From positions 417 through 64,416 of the forward strand of contig CAYNLU010000001.1 of assembly GCA_964398205.1 (NCBI GenBank): a DNA stretch of 64,000 nucleotides. Direction: 5' to 3'. Numbering within the stretch: position 1 is the stretch's first letter; each line of letters begins with the position of its first letter. The notes under the pieces are model-generated. The model had not been told where the DNA came from. It made no database searches and saw nothing but the letters and a program-made list of their open reading frames with translations. This document shows, one piece after another, positions 28,969-39,034 of this stretch. The position numbers and the translations under genes are program-made. The stretch comes from an uncultured Candidatus Saccharibacteria bacterium. GTDB lineage: Bacteria > Patescibacteriota > Minisyncoccia > Phycocordibacterales > UBA9973.

Positions 28969-29062
28969 CTACTCGCCAATATACCCTTGATTTTATTACT
29001 TCAAATAAAAAACCCGCTTTTTTTGAAATTATTTTTATAATATTTTTTAAAATAAAAAAGCC

Positions 29063-29434
29063 CTATGTTCTAAGGCTTTCGTTGTTTCTTGATAGCAATT
29101 GAAAATATTTATTTTGCCAATCTTCTACATTTTTAAGAGCTTTTTCTAATTTTTCTTCAAGCTCTTTAATTTTTGGATTTTCTTTTTTGGAACGCTTCCA
29201 GGAAGAGAGCTCCTCTTTAGACATCTTTTGAAATCTTAAAAGACGATTTTCCAATTCAGCAATGTAGGAAATATTTTTCCCATTTTCTATCTTAATTTTT
29301 TTAAGTTCTTCTTCAAGTAATTGAATTCCCTCACTTTCAGGGTGATTTCTTTTAATCTTTAAAAGAATCTTATCAAGATAAGGATCCTCTATTGTAAATC
29401 CCTTTTTAGTTTGTGATTTTCCCATGAATAACAA
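29063..29434 (-). CDS. hypothetical coiled-coil protein
   Basis: 123 aa ORF inserted between rplB and rpsS. Confidence 0.65.
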   Translation of the reverse strand: MLFMGKSQTKKGFTIEDPYLDKILLKIKRNHPESEGIQLLEEELKKIKIENGKNISYIAELENRLLRFQKMSKEELSSWKRSKKENPKIKELEEKLEKALKNVEDWQNKYFQLLSRNNESLRT

Positions 29435-29474
29435 TTTTTATTGACTTTAACACAAAAATACATTTTTGTAAACA

Positions 29475-29508
29475 AAAAACCACTAGTTTTGCTAGTGATT
29501 TTTGTTTT
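29475..29508. repeat. 34-bp direct repeat copy 1 (terminator-like hairpin)
   Basis: aaaaaccactagttttgctagtgatttttgtttt, identical to 31623-31656. Confidence 0.9.
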
Positions 29509-29529
29509 TTATAGTAAAATCTTCATTTT

Positions 29530-30614
29530 TTATCGCTGTATTCTTGCAAAAACTATATCATTAGTTACAGCATCGAATAAAAGATGTAATCCATTTAAAT
29601 CAAAAACCCTACCTAATTTTAATTCAACATTTCCTGTCTTTAGATCAATAAATTCATAATAAAATATGTCACTAGTTAATCTTTTTTCAACCTTTCCTGT
29701 TTTTCTATCAGTAATAACTTCTTCGTAAACTTTAGTTGCTAGATTTTCCTTTCGATTATTGTCATCCAGAAAATAAAATTTATGTGCAGGAACATATGGG
29801 CAAGGTGTCGGATTAGGATCATTAGGAATAGGGTCGCATGGGTAATAAATTGCTTGTGACTCACCATAATAACCATCTAGTTTTTTGCCATTTCTTCATA
29901 AGAAAAAACCGGTTTTAAATCCAACACCTCGGGCCATAAATGTCCGATTATTGTTAATTTATCATCACTTGGTATTATTACAATATTTTTATTTAAGAAA
30001 TCATTTTTTTCTTTATTGTATTCTAATACATTTATATTAGTTTCAACTTTTAATCCAGATGATATAAACACACCGTTTTTAGAAAAAATATTTTTTCCAC
30101 TAATATTTAGTTTATCATAGGAATTTAAACCGAAGAAATCTTTATTTTTATAGAGAAAATCTTTGTAATTTGTTGCGATTTCAAAAGCAAAAGTTTGTTT
30201 ATATTTATTATGATCCTGTAAAAAATCCTCAGTTGACTTGCCTAAATGTATTTTTTTTATTAAATCTTTATTTGTGGTTTCAATCTTTTTTATGAATCCG
30301 TACTCGTTTAAATCAACTGTCCAGTCTTTTCCATTTAGTAAAATAAAATCTTGGACTCGTTTTTGTATTTCTTTTTCATTGAGTTTTTTATAAACTGAAG
30401 TTTTATAATAAGAAGGAGTAGTTTCTAGTTTTTCCTTCACATTAGATATATCTATGAATTTATTTTGGTCATAAAAATCTTCTGTAATTTTAGTATCGTT
30501 TAGATTATTTTTTATAGAAGAATTGTCATTTATTTTAATAATTTTATCTTTAAATTTAAAAAAAATTACTAAAATTATTACAAAAACAGAAATCAAAACT
30601 ATGCTTTTTTTCAT
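29530..30614 (-). pseudogene. frameshifted exported protein with PepSY-like C-terminus
   Basis: ORF 29877-30614 stops just after an A6 run; the -1 frame stays open for 116 codons to TAA at 29530 (..LLFDAVTNDIV..). Confidence 0.65.
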
Positions 30615-30673
30615 GTTATTAATTATAACATAACATAAAAAATAAATTATTGAGGTAATTTTTAAGCAATTAT

Positions 30674-31597
30674 TTATTCTTCACAGAATATATTTTTAAT
30701 AGGTTTATCTATTGGTTTTGTACCAGAAACATCACTACAAAAATAACCTTCTTCATTCTCTAGCTTTACCGCAAAAGCCCAACCTTTATCTGGGACACTA
30801 AAACAATACATTTCTTTTATATTTTGTTCTTTTAAACTGTTCAAGGTAGTAGCAATATTTTCTGAGTAACCATTATTACCGGGATTAAACAAAGAACCTG
30901 ATACAGGAGCAAAACAATCTCCATTATTTTCAACTGCTCCATAGCCAACTTTATCATATAAAATATTTGCTGTCGTAAAAACAGAAGCCACAGTTTGTTT
31001 TATATAAAGATCTATTTCTTTTTTGGAAACCGATTTTTCAGGTACAACAAGTTTTAATTCATCTGGGCCTAGAATATAAGGAATATTACTTAAAACTTGA
31101 GGGTTTTTATCTACATATTCAATATATGAATTTTCTTGTTTTTCAATAGAAATAAAACCGAGTTCTTTTAAAAAATAAAGAGTGAAGAATAAATATAATA
31201 TATTGAAAATGATAATTATAATTGAAGTAATTATATTTAACTTTCCGTATTTATTTTTTCTAAAAATTATACCTATAATTAATTGAGGTAATGATAATAA
31301 GAAAATTATATTTAAGGCTATTGATGATGTATTTAACAATAAAACTAAAAGCCCTTTTGAAGTATCACTATGTGGTAAAAATCCAAGCAATACTCTTGCA
31401 ATGAGAAAAATAAGAATAGCAAAAGAAATTACAAAAAATATTATCTTTTCTATGCCTAGTCGATTTAGTGAAGAAAATGCTTGATTTAAATCCTCCTGAC
31501 TCCATCCTTCTTTCATTAAATTTTCTTGAATAACTTCTTCTTTTATCCCCTTCGCTTTTTCTTCTTTAACATATTTAATTAATTCTTCTGTAATCAT
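30674..31597 (-). CDS. membrane protein with pilin-like C-terminal domain
   Basis: 3 TM segments; Cys-bracketed C-terminus C..WAFAVKL...YFCSDxSG as in CPR pilin-like proteins. Confidence 0.6.
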   Translation of the reverse strand: MITEELIKYVKEEKAKGIKEEVIQENLMKEGWSQEDLNQAFSSLNRLGIEKIIFFVISFAILIFLIARVLLGFLPHSDTSKGLLVLLLNTSSIALNIIFLLSLPQLIIGIIFRKNKYGKLNIITSIIIIIFNILYLFFTLYFLKELGFISIEKQENSYIEYVDKNPQVLSNIPYILGPDELKLVVPEKSVSKKEIDLYIKQTVASVFTTANILYDKVGYGAVENNGDCFAPVSGSLFNPGNNGYSENIATTLNSLKEQNIKEMYCFSVPDKGWAFAVKLENEEGYFCSDVSGTKPIDKPIKNIFCEE

Positions 31598-31622
31598 TAA
31601 TCTAATTATAACCAAACAAAAC

Positions 31623-31656
31623 AAAAACCACTAGTTTTGCTAGTGATTTTTGTTTT
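31623..31656. repeat. 34-bp direct repeat copy 2 (rplB terminator)
   Basis: identical to 29475-29508; 4 nt after the rplB stop. Confidence 0.9.
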
Positions 31657-31660
31657 AGAA

Positions 31661-32500
31661 TTATTTCTTTTTACCAACTTTTCTTCGAGATACGATGAAT
31701 ACGTTTGAGTATTTCTTAGGAGTACGAGTTTTGCGTCCACCTGTAACCTTACCCCAAAGAGTTTTAGGTCTCTTAGTACCGCGACCTTGACGGCCTTCAC
31801 CTCCTCCGTATGGGTGATCTACTGGGTTCATAGCAGTACCACGAACCTTAGGACGAATACCCTTCCAACGTGAACGTCCAGCTTTACCGAAGTTTACTAA
31901 GTGATGCTCTTCATTTGAAACTGTACCAATACAAGCCCAAGCATTTTCAGAAACTTTACGAACTTCTGAAGATGGCATTTTAAGTGAAGTATAACCTTCA
32001 GCATTCGCTACAACTTGAGCAAAGATACCAGCAGAACGAGCTATTTTAGAACCTGTACCTGCTTTGATTTCAGCGTTATATACAAAAGTACCTACTGGAA
32101 TATTCTTTAAAGGAAGTCTATTTGCTGGAGTTAAAGAAGCTTTTTCAGATACTATGAAAGTTGTACCTGGCTTTACGTCTTTTGGTAAAACTACATATCT
32201 CTTTTCACCGTCTTTATAAACTGCAAGTCCAATAAAAGCACTGCGGTTTGGATCATATTCAACAGTTTTAATAACTGCAGGAATATCTTTTTTATCATAT
32301 TTAAAATCAACATCACGATAAAGTCTCTTGTGACCTCCTCCACGATGTCTTGAAGTAAGACGACCAGCGGAATTTCTTCCCATAGCTCTTTTGAAACCTC
32401 CTGTTAAGGATTTTTCTGGAGCTACTTTTGACAACACACCTTTATAGGTAACAGTTGTCATTTGTCTTCTTGATTTACTTGTAGGTTTGTATGTTTTCAT
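31661..32500 (-). CDS. rplB: 50S ribosomal protein L2
   Basis: EYDPNRSA, AMNPVDHPYGGGEG. Confidence 0.99.
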   Translation of the reverse strand: MKTYKPTSKSRRQMTTVTYKGVLSKVAPEKSLTGGFKRAMGRNSAGRLTSRHRGGGHKRLYRDVDFKYDKKDIPAVIKTVEYDPNRSAFIGLAVYKDGEKRYVVLPKDVKPGTTFIVSEKASLTPANRLPLKNIPVGTFVYNAEIKAGTGSKIARSAGIFAQVVANAEGYTSLKMPSSEVRKVSENAWACIGTVSNEEHHLVNFGKAGRSRWKGIRPKVRGTAMNPVDHPYGGGEGRQGRGTKRPKTLWGKVTGGRKTRTPKKYSNVFIVSRRKVGKKK

Positions 32501-32510
32501 ATCTTTATAA

Positions 32511-32789
32511 TTATGCTATTTCTATTTTATCTCCCTTTTTTAAATATACATACGCCTTTCTACCACCTTCTTTTAAAGAAGTTTTATAACGAAAAGAAGT
32601 TCTTTTCTCTGGCATATTCACAATATTGACTTTAACAGGGGTAACTTTAAAAAGTGAAAAAATTGCTTTTTTAACTTCATTCTTAGTTGCACTTTTACCT
32701 ACATCAAAAGTATAGATATTTTGCTCGTAAGCAAAAGATGCTTTTTCAGTTACTCTTGGATTTTTAATTATTTCTTTATCGTTTTTCAT
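32511..32789 (-). CDS. rplW: 50S ribosomal protein L23
   Basis: PRVTEKA, KAYVYL. Confidence 0.96.
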   Translation of the reverse strand: MKNDKEIIKNPRVTEKASFAYEQNIYTFDVGKSATKNEVKKAIFSLFKVTPVKVNIVNMPEKRTSFRYKTSLKEGGRKAYVYLKKGDKIEIA

Positions 32790-32790
32790 A

Positions 32791-33456
32791 TTATTTATTT
32801 CTTCTTCCAGCTAAGAATTTAACACTTTCTTCCGCGTTTTCAATCACTAAATATTTATGATTTAAAACATCAAGCGGATTTAAGTTTTTTACGAAAACTA
32901 AATCAAGGGCTGGTAAATTTCTAAAGCTTTTAACTTTATTATCTTCTTTATCAAATAAAGCAGTTAATAATTTTGGTTTTTTGGAAGTAGCTAATTTGTC
33001 GTCTTTTAGGATTTTAGCAATATTTTCTAAAACAACTTCTGCATTTTTAGTTTTCAATTCTGTCATTGCTAAACTATCTATAAATAGTATTTCTCCGTCT
33101 TTTAATTTACGAGAAAGTACTGAGTATAAAGCTTCAGCACGCATTTTCTTTGAAATTTTTCTGTCGTAATTTTTCTCTGAAAGTGGACCGTGAGTCACAC
33201 CTCCCCCTACCCAGATAGGTGAACGAGTAGATCCATGACGAGCACGTCCTGTACCTTTTTGTTTCCAAGGTTTGCGACCACCTCCACGTACTTCTCCACG
33301 ATCTTTAGTATCTGCAGTACCACTACGTGCGTTAGAACGCATAGATTCGACTACTTGGTGAACTAAATCACTTCTCCATTTTGCACCGAAAACATTTTCC
33401 GGCAAATTTATAGAGCCTACTTCTTTTCCTTTTTGGTTGTAAATCTTTGCTTCCAT
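32791..33456 (-). CDS. rplD: 50S ribosomal protein L4
   Basis: GGGRKPWKQKGTGRARHGS. Confidence 0.98.
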   Translation of the reverse strand: MEAKIYNQKGKEVGSINLPENVFGAKWRSDLVHQVVESMRSNARSGTADTKDRGEVRGGGRKPWKQKGTGRARHGSTRSPIWVGGGVTHGPLSEKNYDRKISKKMRAEALYSVLSRKLKDGEILFIDSLAMTELKTKNAEVVLENIAKILKDDKLATSKKPKLLTALFDKEDNKVKSFRNLPALDLVFVKNLNPLDVLNHKYLVIENAEESVKFLAGRRNK

Positions 33457-33459
33457 ATT

Positions 33460-34083
33460 TTAATTATATATTTCTACTAAACTTCCAGTAACACCAGGGA
33501 TAGCTCCCTTCAAAAGAATTAAGTTGTTTTCATTATCAAGCATAACTACTTTTAAATTCTTTTGGGTGATTCTGTCAGAACCTGTACGACCAGCCATACG
33601 CATACCTTTCGGTACGTGAGTACGAAGACCTCCACCGATACTACCTGGTTCGCGTTCTGAGTGCTTTTGACCGTGAGTTCGAGGTCCTCCAGCGAATCCA
33701 TGACGTTTTACAACACCTTGAAAACCTTTACCTTTTGAAGTACCAGATACCATTACCTTATCACCAACTGCAAGCATATCGAATACATTAAGAGTATCGC
33801 CTACTTTATATTTCTCTACTTCATCAGTATGAAATTCCTTTAAGACTTTAAAAGAACCTAAATCTTTCATATGACCTTTTAATGGTTTTGAAATATTTTT
33901 TGTTTTTCTCGTGCCAAAACCAACTTGAATAGCATTGTATCCATCAGTTGCTTTAGTCTTGATTTGAGTTACTATCATCGGTGAAGTAGAAATAGCGGTC
34001 ACAGGTACCACTACACCATCTTCGGTGAAGTACTCAGTCATTTTTTCTTTTGTTCCTAAAATAAATTTCATTTTGTCTTTCAT
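33460..34083 (-). CDS. rplC: 50S ribosomal protein L3
   Basis: SKGKGFQGVVKRHGF. Confidence 0.98.
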   Translation of the reverse strand: MKDKMKFILGTKEKMTEYFTEDGVVVPVTAISTSPMIVTQIKTKATDGYNAIQVGFGTRKTKNISKPLKGHMKDLGSFKVLKEFHTDEVEKYKVGDTLNVFDMLAVGDKVMVSGTSKGKGFQGVVKRHGFAGGPRTHGQKHSEREPGSIGGGLRTHVPKGMRMAGRTGSDRITQKNLKVVMLDNENNLILLKGAIPGVTGSLVEIYN

Positions 34084-34093
34084 TGATTTATAA

Positions 34094-34483
34094 TTACATC
34101 ATTTTAACATCAATATCAACTCCTGAAGGTAAAGATAAGTTAGTCAAAGACTCAACTATGTTAGCGCCAGGATTTATAATATCGATTAATCTTTTGTGAA
34201 CTCTGATTTCAAATTGTTCTCGTGCATTTTTGTAAACAAAAGAAGCTCTGTTTACTGTATATTTTTTTATCTCAGTTGGTAGAGGTACTGGTCCTAGAAC
34301 TTTACCATCATAACGTAGTGCGGTATCGATGATTTGTTTTACAGAAGAGTCTAAAATCTTACTATCGTAAGCACGAACTCTTATACGCAAAACAACATCT
34401 CCCCCTTCCTTTTTGGTAGCTTTAGGTACTTTAATAGTAGCCTTTTTTGAACCTGTCTTCTTTTTTGTTTCTGTGTTTGCCAT
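34094..34483 (-). CDS. rpsJ: 30S ribosomal protein S10
   Basis: GPVPLPT, REQFEIRVHKRLIDI. Confidence 0.98.
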   Translation of the reverse strand: MANTETKKKTGSKKATIKVPKATKKEGGDVVLRIRVRAYDSKILDSSVKQIIDTALRYDGKVLGPVPLPTEIKKYTVNRASFVYKNAREQFEIRVHKRLIDIINPGANIVESLTNLSLPSGVDIDVKMM

Positions 34484-34489
34484 ATTTTT

Positions 34490-34546
34490 TAGGCGTTAGT
34501 ATTGGTATAGATTAATTATTAATTAATCTATACCAACTAATCGCTA
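34490..34546. promoter_or_regulatory. long hairpin between tuf and rpsJ
   Basis: 16-bp perfect stem 34502-34517/34521-34536 with extensions. Confidence 0.65.
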
Positions 34547-34549
34547 ATA

Positions 34550-35743
34550 CTATCCTAATATTTTTGTAACAACTCCTGCACCAACAGTTTTACCTCCTTC
34601 ACGGATAGCAAACTTTTGTGATTCTTCAAGAGCTACTGGAGTAACTAATTTAACTGTAATCTTAACATTGTCTCCAGGCATAACCATTTCCTTTCCTTCT
34701 TCTAACATAACTTCACCAGTTACGTCTGTTGTACGGATATAGAATTGAGGTTTATAACCTTTGAAGAATGGAGTGTGACGACCACCTTCTTCTTTCTTTA
34801 ATACATAGATTTCAGCTGTGAAATTATCATGAGGAGTAACTGTACCTGTCTTTGCTAGAACTTGTCCACGAGTAATGTCTTCTTTCTTAAGACCACGTAG
34901 CAAGATACCTGCATTGTCTCCAGCCATACCTTCTTGGAGGTTTTTGTTGAACATTTCGATACCTGTAACTGTAGATTTTACAGTTGCTTTAATACCAACG
35001 ATTTCAACTTCTTCACCTACTTTAACAACACCTCTTTCGATTTTACCAGTAACAACAGTTCCACGTCCTTCGATTGAGAAGATATCTTCTACAGGCATAA
35101 GGAAAGGTTTTGCTATATCACGTTCTGGAACTGGGATATAAGTATCAAGAGCGTTTGTTAATTCAAGGATTTTCTTTGCCCATTCGTCTTCAGCTGAAGT
35201 AGCTTCAAGACCTTTTAGAGCTGATCCACGGATTACAGGAGCACCTGCGCCGTCGAAACCTTGTTTTGTTAACAATTCACGGATTTCTTCTTCAACTAGG
35301 TCGATCATATCTTTATCATCAACCATATCACATTTGTTAAGGAAAACGATAATCTTTGGAACACCAACTTGTTTAGCAAGCAAAATGTGTTCACGAGTTT
35401 GTGGCATTGCACCGTCTGTTGCAGCAACTACTAAAATAGCACCGTCCATTTGGGCAGCACCTGTGATCATGTTTTTGATGTAGTCAGCGTGTCCTGGAGC
35501 ATCGATGTGAGCATAGTGACGAGTGTCTGTTGAGTACTCGTTGTGAGAAATGTTAATAGTAATACCACGAGCTTTTTCTTCTGGGGCATTGTCAATATCA
35601 TTAACACCTTTCATCTTAACTTGCTTACCTGCTAGGTTAAGACAGTTTAGGATAGCTGCTGTTAATGTTGTTTTACCGTGGTCAACGTGACCGATAGTAC
35701 CTACGTTTACGTGAGGTTTATCTCTTTTAAATTCTTCTGCCAT
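34550..35743 (-). CDS. tuf: elongation factor Tu
   Basis: [29 protein letters not shown]. Confidence 0.99.
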   Translation of the reverse strand: MAEEFKRDKPHVNVGTIGHVDHGKTTLTAAILNCLNLAGKQVKMKGVNDIDNAPEEKARGITINISHNEYSTDTRHYAHIDAPGHADYIKNMITGAAQMDGAILVVAATDGAMPQTREHILLAKQVGVPKIIVFLNKCDMVDDKDMIDLVEEEIRELLTKQGFDGAGAPVIRGSALKGLEATSAEDEWAKKILELTNALDTYIPVPERDIAKPFLMPVEDIFSIEGRGTVVTGKIERGVVKVGEEVEIVGIKATVKSTVTGIEMFNKNLQEGMAGDNAGILLRGLKKEDITRGQVLAKTGTVTPHDNFTAEIYVLKKEEGGRHTPFFKGYKPQFYIRTTDVTGEVMLEEGKEMVMPGDNVKITVKLVTPVALEESQKFAIREGGKTVGAGVVTKILG

Positions 35744-35896
35744 ATATATTTTCTTTAATAATTAGGGCTTAATCCACGAGAAGTAAAAAGCTCTAACTAC
35801 TAATTATATAAATTATTAATAATATTAAGTTTGGTGACTAACCAAGCTTTTTTATAAAATTACCAACTAAAAAACTGCGAAAGTGCAGTTGTTTCT

Positions 35897-35924
35897 ATAT
35901 TAACAAATTTAAAAATAAAGTCAA
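35897..35924 (-). promoter_or_regulatory. sigma70 promoter for tuf
   Basis: TTGACT-16 nt-TAATAT. Confidence 0.7.
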
Positions 35925-35943
35925 ATTGTGAATAAATTAAAAT

Positions 35944-35973
35944 GCCAGGTTTTAGAATAATCTAAAACCTGGC
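35944..35973. terminator. terminator-like hairpin
   Basis: gccaggttttaga/tctaaaacctggc. Confidence 0.65.
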
Positions 35974-35979
35974 TAAATC

Positions 35980-36285
35980 TTAAGGCAAGCTAAGTTGTTG
36001 TTTTAAAGAAAACATAGCATTATTATAAAGCTTTTGAGCCAAAATCGGCTTTTTCTGCTTTATATTAAAAATTCTTTTATTAATTTCAGGAATCTTATTT
36101 TCCTTGAAAAATAAAGAAATCTGGTTGTCATCCATTAATGGAACATACAAACAGTCTCCTGTTCTGTAAAAAAATAATTTTAAAAAATCTTCAAAAATTA
36201 AAGCATTTCTAGGTACTCCTAACTTGTCTTTAAGTAATGAATAGGCTGCGTTTTTGGTGTAAACACCATCGTTTTTACTTAACAT
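35980..36285 (-). CDS. hypothetical protein
   Basis: 101 aa ORF. Confidence 0.55.
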   Translation of the reverse strand: MLSKNDGVYTKNAAYSLLKDKLGVPRNALIFEDFLKLFFYRTGDCLYVPLMDDNQISLFFKENKIPEINKRIFNIKQKKPILAQKLYNNAMFSLKQQLSLP

Positions 36286-36368
36286 AATTACATGTTTTAA
36301 GTTTTAAAAAAGAATTATTTCAAAATTAGCTTACCATATATAGGTAAAAAGTAAACCTGGCAAATTAT

Positions 36369-36932
36369 TTAATCAATATCTTCATAGACTTTATAATAAG
36401 CGAAACCTAAATTTTCCTTATGATTCTTAAATTCCATCACTTCAACTACTTCTACTTTGGATGTTTTTCGGTCTTGAATTACAAGCAAAGTAGCTATTTT
36501 AATATCAAATTCGGTTTTTTTATCAATTTTTAGTTGTTTTTCAGCTTTTTTATTATTATCTTTCGTATCAGGTAAAGATAATTCATACGTATCAGTAAAA
36601 AACTCAAATAAAAGTTTTCCACCACTAGAATTTTTAACGTCTTTAACATTGTCTAAAGCAATTGGGGGAATTTGATTTTTTTGGATATATTCATCCAAAA
36701 AATACATATTTTCCTGGGAACAGGAATTGAATAATTCCCTTTCCCAGGCAATATATTTTTCTATTTCTTTTATCCAATAAATTGGAGGTTTATTGTCATA
36801 GAAAGAATCCCCAATTATTTTGGTTTTTTGCTGAATCCGTTCTTGATCCTGCTTACTATCTTTAATCAAAAGAATATTTTCTTTAAACAAAAGAAAGAAT
36901 TTTTTTGTGAGCTTAATAATTAAAATTAACAT
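36369..36932 (-). CDS. hypothetical protein
   Basis: 187 aa ORF. Confidence 0.65.
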   Translation of the reverse strand: MLILIIKLTKKFFLLFKENILLIKDSKQDQERIQQKTKIIGDSFYDNKPPIYWIKEIEKYIAWERELFNSCSQENMYFLDEYIQKNQIPPIALDNVKDVKNSSGGKLLFEFFTDTYELSLPDTKDNNKKAEKQLKIDKKTEFDIKIATLLVIQDRKTSKVEVVEVMEFKNHKENLGFAYYKVYEDID

Positions 36933-37083
36933 ATTTAATTTTTAAAGGTACAATATAATTTATATCAAATAAATGATAACACATTTTATTGAAAATGTAA
37001 ATCTAGTGCAACGAAATACCTATAATATATTAACTATAAATAAAGGACATTCATATTTATGAATGTCCTTTAGAAAGTTTATA

Positions 37084-37761
37084 TTATCTATTCATGATAT
37101 CGCTAATGATTTTACCGTCAGCCATTTTGATAGTCCGATCTGCGAGTTTAGCATACTCTTCTTCGTGAGTGACCATAACGATAGTTTGGCCTTCTTTGTT
37201 TAAAGCAAGGAAAGCTTCCATTACTTGATGAGAAGTTTCAGAATCAAGGTTAGCGGTAGGTTCATCCGCAAAGATAATCTTAGGATCGTGAGCAATAGCG
37301 CGAGCTATCGATACGCGTTGCTGTTGACCTCCTGAAAGAGCACTAGGTAGATTATTCATTCTATCTAAAAGCCCGACTTTATCTAAAGCTTTTTTAGCTT
37401 TTTCTTCAGCAGTCTTATTATCATAACCTTGCATTAAAAGAGGTAGCATGGTGTTTTCAAGCGCAGTCAAAGAAGGCATAATTGCATAGTCTTGAAAGAT
37501 ATATCCTAAATCATCGAGACGAATCTTGGTTCTTTCTCCTTCATTACGATCTACGCACTCTTTACCGTCTATATAAACTTCTCCTGAAGTAGGTAAATCG
37601 AGTAAACCAAGTTGATAAAGCAAAGTTGATTTACCGCTCCCCGATTTCCCTGTGATAGTCAAAAATTGTCCGTTCGGTACGCTAAAAGATAAATTATTTA
37701 AAGCAATAATTTGCGAATCTCCACTTTGAAATATTTTTGTTAAATTTTTTGTTTCAATCAT
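37084..37761 (-). CDS. ABC transporter ATP-binding protein (LolD/MacB-like)
   Basis: GKSGSGKST, LSGGQQQRV, ADEPTANLD. Confidence 0.95.
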   Translation of the reverse strand: MIETKNLTKIFQSGDSQIIALNNLSFSVPNGQFLTITGKSGSGKSTLLYQLGLLDLPTSGEVYIDGKECVDRNEGERTKIRLDDLGYIFQDYAIMPSLTALENTMLPLLMQGYDNKTAEEKAKKALDKVGLLDRMNNLPSALSGGQQQRVSIARAIAHDPKIIFADEPTANLDSETSHQVMEAFLALNKEGQTIVMVTHEEEYAKLADRTIKMADGKIISDIMNR

Positions 37762-37762
37762 T

Positions 37763-39034
37763 TTATCTTCCTAAGATTGCTGATAATGTATTTTGCTTGA
37801 TAACCATTCTAGCTGGAATATAACCGGCTATCATTGTAGTTACAAGGAGTATAAAAGCCCGAGTCAAAGTTCCTGATAAAGTAGCTACGAGTATACCGTC
37901 TGAGAATGGAAAATCGATAGGGTTATCCGTGAAATAAGGTTTTATCATACCAAAAATCAAAACCATACCTACGATAATACCGAGAGATGCATAAATCGTC
38001 GCTTGATACATATAAGAAAAGAGTATGGCTTGCTTGTTAATACCGATACCTTTTAGAATTCCGATATAGCGACGGCGAGTAATAGCGTTAACGAAAATCA
38101 CGATAAAGATAGTAATAGACGCTACAACTAAACCAATACCCGAGATAGCGCTACCTAAAATCCCGAAGGTTGCTTTAATATCTTTCAAGAATTTAGGAAA
38201 AGCTTCTTCGGCAGTTTGGACCCGAGCGTATTCTCCTACTCCACTATCAATCAAAAATTGCTTTGCGACGTTAGGATCGAAATTCGGTTGTAATTGAATA
38301 GCTATAGAACCAGCATTTAAATCAGTTTGATTAGATAGTTTGCGTGCTTCAGAAGCGAGCATCACTACTGAGAAATCGAAAGTGTCCACTTTAGAACTCA
38401 AAATTCCTTTTACAAAATATTCTTTACTTGTATTTCCGGAAGTTAATTTAACTCGGGAACCTACGTTTGTGTTTTTTAAACTTTCAAAACCCGGAGCATC
38501 GATAGGAGTAAATTCATAAAGAAAGTTTTTACCGATTAAGATACTATCAGCGTCGTTCTCATTTAAATATTCTCCTCTAAGTACGAATTTAGAAACTCCA
38601 GAAAATTTATCTTCGAGTTTAGGATCAATACCAAGTATAGGAGCTCCAGCTCCCCCCTTCTTCTCTCCAGGCTTAATAGTTTCTCTATAGGTATCTTCGA
38701 CACGAGCGGAGCCTCCGTATCTAACAGTATGATTTCTATATCCTGGCATAGTTTTAACTATCTCTTCAACTAAAGGAGTTTGTAAAATCAAATTACGATT
38801 TAAGAATGGAGAAATTATCAAGTCCCCAATCGCGTACTTCTTCTGAGCATCTTCGGAACCTTGAATAAGCCCGATCAAAATTCCAGAAACTACAACCAGA
38901 TTTAGGAAAGTCAAAGTCATAACAGCTACGATTAGCATCGTAGTCCATTTATTAGCCCGAAGTAGTTCTCTTTTTGCTAAAAACCAACCTACAGCTATAT
39001 TTCTTCCGAATGAATTTTTACTATTAATATGCAT
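37763..39034 (-). CDS. FtsX/MacB-like ABC permease
   Basis: TM1, large extracytoplasmic loop, 3 TM; IGILKGIG. Confidence 0.9.
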   Translation of the reverse strand: MHINSKNSFGRNIAVGWFLAKRELLRANKWTTMLIVAVMTLTFLNLVVVSGILIGLIQGSEDAQKKYAIGDLIISPFLNRNLILQTPLVEEIVKTMPGYRNHTVRYGGSARVEDTYRETIKPGEKKGGAGAPILGIDPKLEDKFSGVSKFVLRGEYLNENDADSILIGKNFLYEFTPIDAPGFESLKNTNVGSRVKLTSGNTSKEYFVKGILSSKVDTFDFSVVMLASEARKLSNQTDLNAGSIAIQLQPNFDPNVAKQFLIDSGVGEYARVQTAEEAFPKFLKDIKATFGILGSAISGIGLVVASITIFIVIFVNAITRRRYIGILKGIGINKQAILFSYMYQATIYASLGIIVGMVLIFGMIKPYFTDNPIDFPFSDGILVATLSGTLTRAFILLVTTMIAGYIPARMVIKQNTLSAILGR

